64,000 nt of DNA. It comes from a virus. Shown here in pieces: positions 55,476-64,000 of the stretch. Made by a program: the position numbers and the translations under genes. The stretch's first letter is position 1, and each line of letters starts with the position of its first letter. The stretch spans positions 12,926-76,925 of the IMG/VR virus record IMGVR_UViG_3300037502_003155. The stretch is one strand, 5' to 3'. Below the pieces are notes generated by a model. The model ran no database searches. It had not been told where the DNA came from and saw only the letters and a program-made list of their open reading frames with translations.

Positions 55476-55874
55476 ATGCCTATCAACGTAAGTCTATTCA
55501 CCAAAACCATTGGCAACCGCCAATATGCTTTCGACACTGGAGACATCAGCTTTGGCGATGCTGAGTCTAAGCAGTTGGTCAAGAACGTAGGCACCGACAT
55601 TCTTCAATTCACCCTACGGAAGCGCCAAGTTACCTTTACCATCCGGGGTTGTAATGCTGCCGACGTGCAAGCCCTGAACCAAGCCCGTGACAATAGCATC
55701 CTCCAAGTGGTGAACGCCACCGAACCTCTCACCGGGGAAGACATTGTGCTAGGCGGCGATACCATCTACGGTGCAATTCTGGTAGATGTGCAGGCAGGGC
55801 CGCCCATTGGGATTGGTAGCACATCGTTGGTGGAACAGGTGTCGGTGGTCTACAACTCTACGGTGTTCGTCTAA
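55476..55874 (+). CDS. putative tail protein (paralog A)
   Basis: MPINVSLFT...EQVSVVYNSTVFV; late box upstream. Confidence 0.6.
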   Translation: MPINVSLFTKTIGNRQYAFDTGDISFGDAESKQLVKNVGTDILQFTLRKRQVTFTIRGCNAADVQALNQARDNSILQVVNATEPLTGEDIVLGGDTIYGAILVDVQAGPPIGIGSTSLVEQVSVVYNSTVFV

Positions 55875-56260
55875 TGCCGATCACGGTGGGCCACTTTACG
55901 GCCTTTAAGGGGTTTGCCGTGGCTCCTGAAGATATCCAGGCGGGGGAAGCGGAGAGCAAAACCCTGCCTGTGGTGTCTGAATCGGGGCAGACCTTGCAGG
56001 CGAAGTTTAGGCGATATTCGCTGCAAATTGTGGTGCGCGGCATTCGGGAAGCTGAGGCCAGCGCTTACCTATTGGCAGCACAACAGGCGAACCTCAATCT
56101 ATTTAGGGGGTCTCCCCAGGTAGAGGACATTGCGGTGCTAGGGCGAGTCTTTCGGCGGTGCATGTTGGTGGATTGCCAGGTGTCGCAACCCTATACCTTG
56201 AATGGAACGGGGCTGATTGAGCAAATGACATTGACCTACGAATCTCAGGTGTTTGTTTGA
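55874..56260 (+). CDS. putative tail protein (paralog B)
   Basis: MPITVGHFT...EQMTLTYESQVFV. Confidence 0.6.
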   Translation: MPITVGHFTAFKGFAVAPEDIQAGEAESKTLPVVSESGQTLQAKFRRYSLQIVVRGIREAEASAYLLAAQQANLNLFRGSPQVEDIAVLGRVFRRCMLVDCQVSQPYTLNGTGLIEQMTLTYESQVFV

Positions 56261-56976
56261 AACCCCTCTCCCACTGGAAACTCAAATTCAACGATGGCCG
56301 ATGGCGACTCGTCACCGCACCCCCAGTGTTGCGTGACGGGGTTCTGGTGTCGCGCATGGTGCGGGGCTACCATCAAGAACTGCTACAGGCCATTGCGGGG
56401 CGGTACATTTGGCCAGTCACCAGGGCAGAAGAGCTTGCCCTATTCAGCGAATTTTGCCAGCACTATCGCAACCTTGCCGAGTGGGCGATACCAGGGATAG
56501 ACCCTAGCGATCTGGCCTGGGAATCGCGGCACGGGTTTTTCATTGCCACCGAGAGCCATCCACACCCTAATCCTGCCCATCCTGAGACCGTACGGGGGTT
56601 ATCGGGCCTAGAGCAACTGCTGGGCTATTCCTACCCCGAAACCGACACGGTAGACCATGAGGCCGATGAAGGAGCGGGGGATAGCGACCTTTCTACTTTG
56701 GCCATTGCCCTACTCACCTTTGAACGGCAGAATGTTCTAGCCTTGGCTGAGGTGATGAGTAGCGCCGACCTGGCGGGGGTGGTGGGGTATGCCAACCGGA
56801 AGCGACAGGAAGCCCATCAACAGGCAGAGGATAAGGATAAGCCCCCCGTCGCGCCCCATGAGCCCAGCGAAGACCCCACAGGGGCCGATGATGACCTATT
56901 CAGGGAATGGAAGGGAGTCGTTGAGGAACGGTTGAGGGGTATGGGTGTAGCGATGCCGGGAACGTTGTCAGAATGA
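56257..56976 (+). CDS. hypothetical protein (possible tail assembly chaperone)
   Basis: TTGA-coupled in the tail operon. Confidence 0.55.
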   Translation: MKPLSHWKLKFNDGRWRLVTAPPVLRDGVLVSRMVRGYHQELLQAIAGRYIWPVTRAEELALFSEFCQHYRNLAEWAIPGIDPSDLAWESRHGFFIATESHPHPNPAHPETVRGLSGLEQLLGYSYPETDTVDHEADEGAGDSDLSTLAIALLTFERQNVLALAEVMSSADLAGVVGYANRKRQEAHQQAEDKDKPPVAPHEPSEDPTGADDDLFREWKGVVEERLRGMGVAMPGTLSE

Positions 56977-57053
56977 TGATCTATCCCTCACTGGAAACTC
57001 AAATTCAACGATGACATGCGGTGAATTATTGCCTAGTAAGGCACAATAAGAGC

Positions 57054-57602
57054 ATGATTACCCCCACTGGCAGCACCTACGCAGACCAAATGCCCCGCCT
57101 GATCCAAGACCTCAGACGGGCGATTGCCAATGAGTTTAGTTGGCGCTTACCCTTTGATGCCTACAACCTGCTACCAGGGGAGCGACAAGGGCAGCTAATG
57201 GTCAATTCTCTGGCCACTGCCCAGGGGCGTCCCGACTTGGACGAGGTACGCCTTGGCAGTATGGCCAAGACCATTACCCTAACCCTATGGAATCAGGTTG
57301 CCTTTGATAGCGACGGCATGACGGGGGATGAATCGGTGTTGTATGCCGAGTCGCTATTCTTGGCTGAAGCGGTGGCCCTAGAGCATCGCATTGGCCGAGT
57401 CTGTGCCGAGATTGACGCCCCGGACTGGGTTGAGAAGCTGGTCATCAATGGCCCCATCGACCCCCGCCGTAGCACCCCGCTGAAGGACGGGGGCCGTACC
57501 TGGGTGATCGACATCACCACCGATCTTGCCCTAAGTTTCTTCGTCAACGCCGACATTTATGGTCGACATGTCCCGATTTATACAAGTCACCAAGCACTAT
57601 GA
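57054..57602 (+). CDS. hypothetical protein (possible tail terminator)
   Basis: About 180 aa alpha/beta ORF in the tail operon. Confidence 0.5.
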   Translation: MITPTGSTYADQMPRLIQDLRRAIANEFSWRLPFDAYNLLPGERQGQLMVNSLATAQGRPDLDEVRLGSMAKTITLTLWNQVAFDSDGMTGDESVLYAESLFLAEAVALEHRIGRVCAEIDAPDWVEKLVINGPIDPRRSTPLKDGGRTWVIDITTDLALSFFVNADIYGRHVPIYTSHQAL

Positions 57603-58240
57603 GCAACACCGTAACGATTCGAGGGCAGCAACATTCCCTAGGCAAGGCATCGGTCATGGTGCTATCGCCCCTGCTATCGGCCATGGGCGTTACCGAAGAT
57701 GACTCTGGCAACCTAGCGGCGATGTCGGAGGATGACCGGGAAGCCTATGGACGCAGCCTACTGAAGCGGCTAGCAGAACCCACCCGGCATTACCAGATCG
57801 CCTTTACCTTGGCACGGTTATACCCCACCGTGCCCGATGACATTTTGAGCTATCGGGTATGGAACGAAGGTGGCAAGCGGTTTGAAGATTTCACCCTAGA
57901 TCTAGAAGTTGAGGAACTGGCCTTGATGATTCAAACGGCCATGGCCCAGTTTGCAGCGTCGGATGAGCCCACCTTGGTAGAAGCCCCCGCACCATTGCCT
58001 AAGCCCAAACCACAAGGATTCGCCCCAGAGGTGCCCGTAGCCAAGGCAAAGGCCATCCCCGCAGCCATCAGGCCCGAAGTGTTGCCCGCAAGGCCCACTC
58101 TGACCGGGGCTGAACTTGCCACACTGGAGGGGCTAACGGATGAAGCCGTGGGCCAACTGCGGGGGATGGCGACGTATCTGCCCATTTTGGAAAGCGCTGG
58201 GGTAACAGAGAATTTATTTGACTTCCTAAAACTTCAATGA
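57599..58240 (+). CDS. hypothetical protein (possible chaperone)
   Basis: ATGA coupling. Confidence 0.55.
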   Translation: MSNTVTIRGQQHSLGKASVMVLSPLLSAMGVTEDDSGNLAAMSEDDREAYGRSLLKRLAEPTRHYQIAFTLARLYPTVPDDILSYRVWNEGGKRFEDFTLDLEVEELALMIQTAMAQFAASDEPTLVEAPAPLPKPKPQGFAPEVPVAKAKAIPAAIRPEVLPARPTLTGAELATLEGLTDEAVGQLRGMATYLPILESAGVTENLFDFLKLQ

Positions 58241-58402
58241 CACTCTGTGTGGCCTCGTTTGCAATTTCCTACCTCTCTACCCCGGCATTGAAACCTCTCT
58301 ACCCCGGCATTGAACCGTCCGGGGTTTTGTTTGGGGCTAGGGCGTATCCAGGATGGTTGCATCAATGGCCCGCTGAGCAGACCACGCCGATTCACCCTTG
58401 CT

Positions 58403-58624
58403 CTAACGAGTTTTTTTGTGTGTATCCTCGTAAGCTTCAAGCGCCATTGTGATCGCACGGCTGACCGACTCAGGGCTATACCGCTTTGCTGGGTCTACCT
58501 TTTCAACTGCGAGTTGCAGTCCAGCGGCGAAGGCGAGAACCTCATGGGGTGCGCTGGGGTAGGTCAGTTTTAACAGTGAGATTTTCTTGTGTATTGGTTC
58601 CATTGGTTCCCTGCTCAAATTCAA
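58403..58624 (-). CDS. small hypothetical protein
   Basis: Co-oriented ORF bounded by a 39-bp direct repeat. Confidence 0.45.
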   Translation of the reverse strand: MNLSREPMEPIHKKISLLKLTYPSAPHEVLAFAAGLQLAVEKVDPAKRYSPESVSRAITMALEAYEDTHKKTR

Positions 58625-58638
58625 TCCGGTGTTCTGAG

Positions 58639-58953
58639 TTAGGGCGCATTCAGGATGGTTGCATCAATGGCCTGCTGAACGGATATTAATGCCTCGGTCA
58701 AGTCTTGTAGTCGTCCCTTACTACCCCGCTGACCAGGGCATAGCAACTTCTTCACAGCATGGTCTATGGCTACATCCCCAGGCTGGTAAGGCAGTGGCGT
58801 ACCGTCTTGATTAAACTTGAATGATTCCAGGGAGTTGTAAACATCGATCCATACTTGCACGGCCTCACCATCGGCGTTGCGACCCCAGATTAGGCGATGA
58901 TATTTGGTCTTCCATTGGGGGGTAGGGGGGTAGGTTCCTGGGGTTTCTGGCAT
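58639..58953 (-). CDS. conserved phage protein (DVY...HAVKKLL..G.RG.K motif)
   Basis: IDVYNSL...AIDHAVKKLLCPGQRGSKGRLQDLTEA. Confidence 0.65.
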   Translation of the reverse strand: MPETPGTYPPTPQWKTKYHRLIWGRNADGEAVQVWIDVYNSLESFKFNQDGTPLPYQPGDVAIDHAVKKLLCPGQRGSKGRLQDLTEALISVQQAIDATILNAP

Positions 58954-59105
58954 AGGGTTATCGGTGCCGATACAGAATCTTCAATCAGTTTGCTCCCACA
59001 CTTTTTACACCGCCATCGCTGCCGGATTTTGCCACTGGCCAGTGTGCGATTAAAGCCATTCTTAGCTAGTCGCTGGCTGTGGCAGTGTGGGCAGGCAACG
59101 GCCAT
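58890..59105 (-). CDS. InsA-like zinc-ribbon protein
   Basis: CPHCHS...KNG...QRWRCKKCG. Confidence 0.65.
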   Translation of the reverse strand: MAVACPHCHSQRLAKNGFNRTLASGKIRQRWRCKKCGSKLIEDSVSAPITLCQKPQEPTPLPPNGRPNIIA

Positions 59106-59140
59106 GGGTAGAATGGGAACATCCCCTATCAGTGTAAGCA

Positions 59141-59611
59141 ATGGCCGATTACTTGGATGGCAAAATCTACCCCGTTGGCACCGCTGGTATCGAGGGGATT
59201 GGTTTCAGCTTCACGCGCCCGGAAGGCATCACCAATTACAGCCTAGTCAATGCTGCCATTGCCTTACGGATTTGGCGGCTAGAGGGCACGGTGAAATTAA
59301 GCGACGGCACAATACCCGATAAAACCAGGGCACTACCCCCAGTGGTAGGTGGGCCTACCATAACGCTAACGGTGGGGACAGGGCTAAGCCTTACCACCAA
59401 TACCGCTGCACTGTTAGAAGGCGCGATTAGGATGACCCAGGCGCAATTAGTGACGCTGCTTGGCACCGCCACAGTGGGCGCTTACAGCTATCAATGGGTG
59501 ATTACCCCAGTGGGCTATGGTGCTGCCAATAAGCCCCTAGGTGAGGGCTATAACGGTGTGTTTGGCCTGGTGGCTGAGGGGTATTCTTTAGAGGCAGCGG
59601 CGAAGGCGTAG
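59141..59611 (+). CDS. putative virion accessory protein (BppU-N-like)
   Basis: Beta-rich, GAYSYQW; terminator at about 59621-59644. Confidence 0.5.
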   Translation: MADYLDGKIYPVGTAGIEGIGFSFTRPEGITNYSLVNAAIALRIWRLEGTVKLSDGTIPDKTRALPPVVGGPTITLTVGTGLSLTTNTAALLEGAIRMTQAQLVTLLGTATVGAYSYQWVITPVGYGAANKPLGEGYNGVFGLVAEGYSLEAAAKA

Positions 59612-59661
59612 GGGCAAAACAAAACCCCTCGCAATGGAGGGGTTGAAGAGAGTACGGAGAT

Positions 59662-59952
59662 TCAGCAGGAGCAAGCCGTTGCATCGAGGGATGGTAGGTC
59701 ATCCCGTATCTCAACATTGCTGAGTCTATTGTAGCTATCTAGCTGGGCAATGGTTTGGGCTAGGGTAAGCGGCGGCAATAGCAGGGCTATGGCTACGGGG
59801 GGTAGGGTGTCGGTGGTGTCTGCGGTGGGGAGGATGGATGACACCGCCAGGCAGGGTAGGCATCGTAGGGCTACCCGTGGGGCTAGGAGAAAGCCTGGGT
59901 TTAGGCCCAAAGGGGATAGGTTGGTGTGGAGGCCGAGGGGGTAGAGAGTCAT
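59662..59952 (-). CDS. hypothetical protein (paralog of 33976..34251)
   Basis: Shared PLGL..NLSPLGLNP N-terminus. Confidence 0.55.
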   Translation of the reverse strand: MTLYPLGLHTNLSPLGLNPGFLLAPRVALRCLPCLAVSSILPTADTTDTLPPVAIALLLPPLTLAQTIAQLDSYNRLSNVEIRDDLPSLDATACSC

Positions 59953-61082
59953 GAAGCAGACTCCCATAGGCTAAGTTGCTGTGTGGCTTCAATCTTGCGT
60001 AGCTTGGCCCCTTGCGCCTGTACCTGGGTTTCGAGCCATGCCACCCGCTGTTCTAGCGTCACAAAGCTCTGTGTCTCCCCTAGCTTGCCCTTGGCCACAT
60101 CGCACCAATGGGGGTCGATCTCAATGCCGATGTATTGCCGCCCTAGCTTTTTAGCCGCTACCAACGTGGATCCAGAGCCCGCAAAGCAATCGAGTACCAC
60201 GGCATCGGGTCGGCTTGATGCGGTGATGATGTGCTCCAACATGGCGGCGGGTTTCTCGCAAGGGTGCTTACCCCGGTAGGCTTGCACCGTGGGGAATGTC
60301 CACACATCGGTATAGGGAACATCAGCCGTTACCGAAAAGGGGCGGCGTAGGTCTTCGTATTCCCGGCGTAGGTCTTCGTATTCCCGGCGTAGGTATTCAT
60401 CACCATCGCCATTGAATAGTCGCCGCAACCAAAGGTAATTTTCTTCGGTGGGTAGCGTCCATTGCACGGAGGTAAACCAATGCCCCGCCATGCCTGTCAC
60501 GGTACGGCTTCCGGTCTTCTGCTGAAAGGCTTCAGCTACACCACGAACAGAGAACCCCGCCCGTTGCCGTTCCCCATCCAAGTAAGCCCGCAACGGTTCA
60601 AACACAAAGCCCCGCAGTTCATCGCACTTGGCACCATAGCCCGCCTCACCCTTGGCGATGCTGTCCGCCCCGTAGTGTTCGCAGAAGAGGATTCGTTCAG
60701 AGAATGGAGTCCATGATCTCATTGCATCTTTGCCGCAGTATGGCGGGACATAGCTTGCTTCAGGCTTCAACCAAGTGATATGGTTCAACACCGCAAACCG
60801 TTCCCCCAGTGTCACCTCGACTTGTGCGGCCATGCGTGGGGAGGCAAAGCAGTAGAGGCTACCGTTAGGCTTTAGGATGCGTTGCCATTGGGCGGCGAGT
60901 TGGTCGATCCACTTTAGGAACTCGGTAGGCTTCTCCCATTGCCGATCCCACCATTCAAAGCGGCCTTTATCGCCGCCCCCTTTAACGCCAAAGTAGGGCG
61001 GGTCTGTGCAGATGAGGTCAATGCTGTTGTCGGGCAAAGTTGCCATCACCTCTAGGCAATCCCCCTGTATCACCTGGTTCAT
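59949..61082 (-). CDS. orphan DNA N4/N6 methyltransferase (beta class)
   Basis: GDCL, DPPY, HPCEKP and DCFAGSGST; internal 21-bp tandem repeat at 60343-60394. Confidence 0.92.
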   Translation of the reverse strand: MNQVIQGDCLEVMATLPDNSIDLICTDPPYFGVKGGGDKGRFEWWDRQWEKPTEFLKWIDQLAAQWQRILKPNGSLYCFASPRMAAQVEVTLGERFAVLNHITWLKPEASYVPPYCGKDAMRSWTPFSERILFCEHYGADSIAKGEAGYGAKCDELRGFVFEPLRAYLDGERQRAGFSVRGVAEAFQQKTGSRTVTGMAGHWFTSVQWTLPTEENYLWLRRLFNGDGDEYLRREYEDLRREYEDLRRPFSVTADVPYTDVWTFPTVQAYRGKHPCEKPAAMLEHIITASSRPDAVVLDCFAGSGSTLVAAKKLGRQYIGIEIDPHWCDVAKGKLGETQSFVTLEQRVAWLETQVQAQGAKLRKIEATQQLSLWESAS

Positions 61083-61531
61083 GGCCGTGGCCTCCTATCC
61101 ACCGCACCTTCCGGCGTCGTTGCCAGGTTGCCATCCCGGTCGTACAGGTCAAACACCGTGCGGGTGGTGCCGTCGGTGTCGTATTGAGTAGCGGTGCTGT
61201 TGGCATAGTCGATCCGGTGTCGGCCATCGGCTACCGCAAGGGCAGCGGAGCGGGCATCAGCAAACACCGTCCCCACGGGCTTGGTGAGCACCGCTGGTAG
61301 GGCGTTGTAGGTGCCTGCCAGCCGACATTCCACAGCCGTGTAATCCGGCCATGAGGGCAGGGTAGCGCTCACCACATAGCGCCCGGTTGCCGGGGTTGTG
61401 ATGCTGGTCACAACCGAGGTATCCAGCCCATCCCTGACCAACACCGCCACAGCCCCCGATAGGGCCGCAGGTTGGCTATTGACAGAAACCTCAAAGGTGG
61501 CGGTGATAGTTTGGCCAGGGGAGAGGATCAT
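61079..61531 (-). CDS. virion accessory protein
   Basis: TGRYVVS; C-terminal VFDLYD motif. Confidence 0.6.
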   Translation of the reverse strand: MILSPGQTITATFEVSVNSQPAALSGAVAVLVRDGLDTSVVTSITTPATGRYVVSATLPSWPDYTAVECRLAGTYNALPAVLTKPVGTVFADARSAALAVADGRHRIDYANSTATQYDTDGTTRTVFDLYDRDGNLATTPEGAVDRRPRP

Positions 61532-61893
61532 TAGCGAATCACCGGGGTAGTGGCAACATCAGCGGGCACAACCAGGAAGCTGAACGTTTTCTTGGGGGCC
61601 GTATTGCCATTGATGGTGGCCGACACCTCTACCCAAACCACATCACCCACCGACAAGGAGTTAGGAGACCCCGTGGGGAAGCTCACCTGGTAAGCCCCGG
61701 TGATATTGGCCGGGACAGTATTTTGTAATTGAGCCACAGCCGGCGCACTGCTGAGGGTTGTGGCGGTGCCATTAACCCAAGTACCTGTGACTGTTGGTGC
61801 CGAGTCAGGGGCCACCCGTGCGCCATTCTCTGCAGCGAGGGTTTCAAAGATGGCGCGGGCGGTGCTACCTAAGGGAATTTCGATTTGAGCCAT
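61531..61893 (-). CDS. virion accessory Ig-like protein
   Basis: TGAYQVSF...VSATING. Confidence 0.6.
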   Translation of the reverse strand: MAQIEIPLGSTARAIFETLAAENGARVAPDSAPTVTGTWVNGTATTLSSAPAVAQLQNTVPANITGAYQVSFPTGSPNSLSVGDVVWVEVSATINGNTAPKKTFSFLVVPADVATTPVIR

Positions 61894-61919
61894 GGTTTTA
61901 CCTAGTAGAGAACAATTGC

Positions 61920-62264
61920 CTAGCGAATAGCGGGCAACGCTTTGGCCGCTGCATAGGCCACGAGGGCATCATTAACCGCCACCGTGGTTTGCAGCGTGGT
62001 CAACGGGGGTAGGTTGGCGATGTTCACTTCTGAAGTGCCGTCCCACGCGATAAACCCTGTCCCGATAGTGGTAGTGCCATCCACGATGAAACGCACCGCA
62101 TAGCCCCCTGCCGGAGCGCTCATCGTCGCGGTGTAATAGCCGGGGCTTGACTCTGTCGCAGCAATAGGACTTCCGAACAAAACGCCATTCAGCAATAGTT
62201 GAACGGTCATGGTGTAGCCCGTTCGGGCTGGGGTTAGATCGATATTAAGTTCGTTCGCCATCAC
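61920..62264 (-). CDS. virion accessory protein
   Basis: GYYTA...WDGTSE. Confidence 0.6.
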   Translation of the reverse strand: MMANELNIDLTPARTGYTMTVQLLLNGVLFGSPIAATESSPGYYTATMSAPAGGYAVRFIVDGTTTIGTGFIAWDGTSEVNIANLPPLTTLQTTVAVNDALVAYAAAKALPAIR

Positions 62265-62550
62265 CCATTACCTCGACGCCTTCTTTCAACTTTTCTAGTA
62301 AGGCCACGAACGTTGTAAACGGCGCATCCTGAAAGCTCGCTGCAAGCTGAACAAACTCAGGATTGGCTAGGGCCGAAGCATCTGCATTTGCTAACGAATC
62401 ATACTGCTGATTAAGGCACATGGCCATGGCTCCGACGACATTATCGCTATCGAATAGGCTCACTTTTTGCCAAAAACCTTGAATGCTCACACTTCCGGAA
62501 ATAGGGTCTAAATCTGCCTGAAATCGTGAAAGTTTGTTTTCAATCATCAC
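62245..62550 (-). CDS. fibre-associated hypothetical protein
   Basis: Coupled downstream of the fibre gene. Confidence 0.55.
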   Translation of the reverse strand: MMIENKLSRFQADLDPISGSVSIQGFWQKVSLFDSDNVVGAMAMCLNQQYDSLANADASALANPEFVQLAASFQDAPFTTFVALLEKLKEGVEVMGDGERT

Positions 62551-63998
62551 TAAGTTCCTTTCAATAGATTGACTTCATTTTTCAAGTCTTCAATTTGAGC
62601 CTGTTGCTCTTGAATGGCTTTAGTAAGCAGAGCAACCATATTGGCGTAAATCACCCCCTCTGGTTGTTTTTCCTCGTTGTAGAGCATTACATCCGATAGT
62701 CCTAGTTCATCAACTTCTTCAGCGATAAAACCCATATTTGTCCGGGCTTCACCATTGAACTTGAATGAAACAGGGCGCAACTGCATCACCTCATTCAACC
62801 CCTTTCCAAGCTCTTCAACATCATGTTTGTATCGAAGGGAGGACGAGGATGCCCGTAGGTCGCCGTTCGCATCAAATCCAATTGCAGTAATAGTTCCAGC
62901 GGCAGGACGATTAGTGTAACGAATTGTGCCGTTAACGTGGAGAAGAGTGGCGGGGGATGTGGTGCCAATACCAACATTGCCAGAGGCGGTAATTTGCATC
63001 CGGTCTATATCGTTTGTGGCAATAGAGAGGCCAATATTTTCGCGCATGATTATTCGCCCAAACGCGGCATCAAGACCAATCACCATTCCGTCACTATCAA
63101 GGGTTTGCCCCTGTGTTGCTATTGATAAGTATGTTTGTGCGCCTCCGCTTTGCAGCCCAAGCACATAGCCAGCAGTAGCACCCCCCTGCGTGGTTGCCCC
63201 AATAAGCAAATTGCCTTGAGGGGTGAGACGCATTCCTTCAGACCCATTCGCGCTAAAGGCCACGGTATTAGCGGCAGGGAGGTACATTCCATTTCCGGCC
63301 ACAGTATTAGCCGTTGGAGCAAATTTGCCAGCGGTTGCAGTTCCCCCCGCAAACAACGCTCCACCAACACCCAGACCGCCTGTTACCACCAACGCGCCTG
63401 TTGTTGTGCTGGTGGATGCGGTTGTACCGGATGCGGTGACAGTACCCGTAAACGTTGGCGAGGCTAACGGCGCTGCGCCTAGGTTAGTTCGTGCGTTTTC
63501 CGCTGTACTTGCTCCGGTGCCCCCATCGGCAATCGCTAGGTCAGTGATGCCAGCAATAGATCCGCCAGTGATGGTGACGTTATTGGAATTTTGTGTCGCA
63601 ATGCTCCCTGCCCCAATGGCCGTCCTAAAGTCGGATGCGTTAAGTGCCGAGACAGTATTATCGGCATTGAGCCGAGGGAAGGTAATGTCCGATGGATTAG
63701 CCAGGGTGAATAGGTTGGAGCCGACTGTGGTAGCGCCTAGGGCGGTTCTAGCCGTTGCATCAGTGGTTGCCCCTGTGCCGCCGTTGGCAATCGCAACTAT
63801 CCCAGTCACGTTAGCCGCTGTTCCTGTGGTGTTTTGGTTGAGGGCAGGAATATCGGTTGCCACCAATGCCCGAAAGGCAGGGGTGCCATTGCCATCAATG
63901 GGCGCAGCCAAAACATGAGATTGTGTTTGAGAAGCCCAGACGGCGGTCAGGGTTCCCGTCCCGGTTACGGGAGAATCTGAAATCGTGAATTGGGCGGG
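62550..63998 (-). CDS. tail fibre with C-terminal peptidase S74 chaperone domain (5' end outside the window)
   Basis: ANGGTGAT...ARTNLG repeats; GNVGIGTTSP; SSLRYK...GFIAEEV...KAIQEQQ; the frame stays open to the window edge. Confidence 0.88.
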   Translation of the reverse strand, partial: PAQFTISDSPVTGTGTLTAVWASQTQSHVLAAPIDGNGTPAFRALVATDIPALNQNTTGTAANVTGIVAIANGGTGATTDATARTALGATTVGSNLFTLANPSDITFPRLNADNTVSALNASDFRTAIGAGSIATQNSNNVTITGGSIAGITDLAIADGGTGASTAENARTNLGAAPLASPTFTGTVTASGTTASTSTTTGALVVTGGLGVGGALFAGGTATAGKFAPTANTVAGNGMYLPAANTVAFSANGSEGMRLTPQGNLLIGATTQGGATAGYVLGLQSGGAQTYLSIATQGQTLDSDGMVIGLDAAFGRIIMRENIGLSIATNDIDRMQITASGNVGIGTTSPATLLHVNGTIRYTNRPAAGTITAIGFDANGDLRASSSSLRYKHDVEELGKGLNEVMQLRPVSFKFNGEARTNMGFIAEEVDELGLSDVMLYNEEKQPEGVIYANMVALLTKAIQEQQAQIEDLKNEVNLLKGT

Positions 63999-64000
63999 GA

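Noticed and set aside
58890-59105. IS1 insertion sequence
   Set aside because: Only the zinc ribbon is present; no transposase catalytic domain or inverted repeats were recognised.
63223-63918. Long antisense ORFs (also 5009..5581, 6726..7301, 25402..25998)
   Set aside because: These are shadow frames opposite well-supported genes.

Overview
This window is a roughly 64-kb stretch of a tailed dsDNA phage or prophage, possibly a phage-plasmid, with no host housekeeping genes. The host is probably a filamentous cyanobacterium; this is inferred from a cyanobacterial-type class II NrdJ, an arm-type integrase and a PatX-like peptide. The first 19 kb hold early and accessory functions: a RecT-like annealase, SSB and DnaQ-like exonuclease; a leftward island of small genes that includes a stand-alone Csx3/Crn3 ring-nuclease homologue; a membrane FtsK/TraB-like translocase module with phased repeats; a truncated tyrosine integrase; and nrdJ. 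The region from 19 to 64 kb holds virion genes: a DUF1073-type portal, a MuF minor head protein, a DUF2213 scaffold/protease, a DUF2184-type capsid, a tape measure, TerL, fibres and a DNA methyltransferase. These are split into many transcription units on both strands. The most notable observations are six. (1) A secreted PatX/PatS-like peptide ending in RGTGR. (2) A family of modular proteins sharing an RxD...F[ILV]QGYxD...RxD...CGxxxIxxxxxC leader, with RxD motifs also enriched in the head proteins, which suggests a capsid-cargo or processing system. (3) A phage-borne Csx3. (4) Eleven copies of a TTAGCG-N5-CGCAAA box placed 26-27 bp before a -10 element upstream of structural operons. (5) Three homologous iteron-rich non-coding elements of about 550-650 bp. 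(6) The TraB/clt-like module. Protein family calls come from recognising motifs by eye; no database searches were run.
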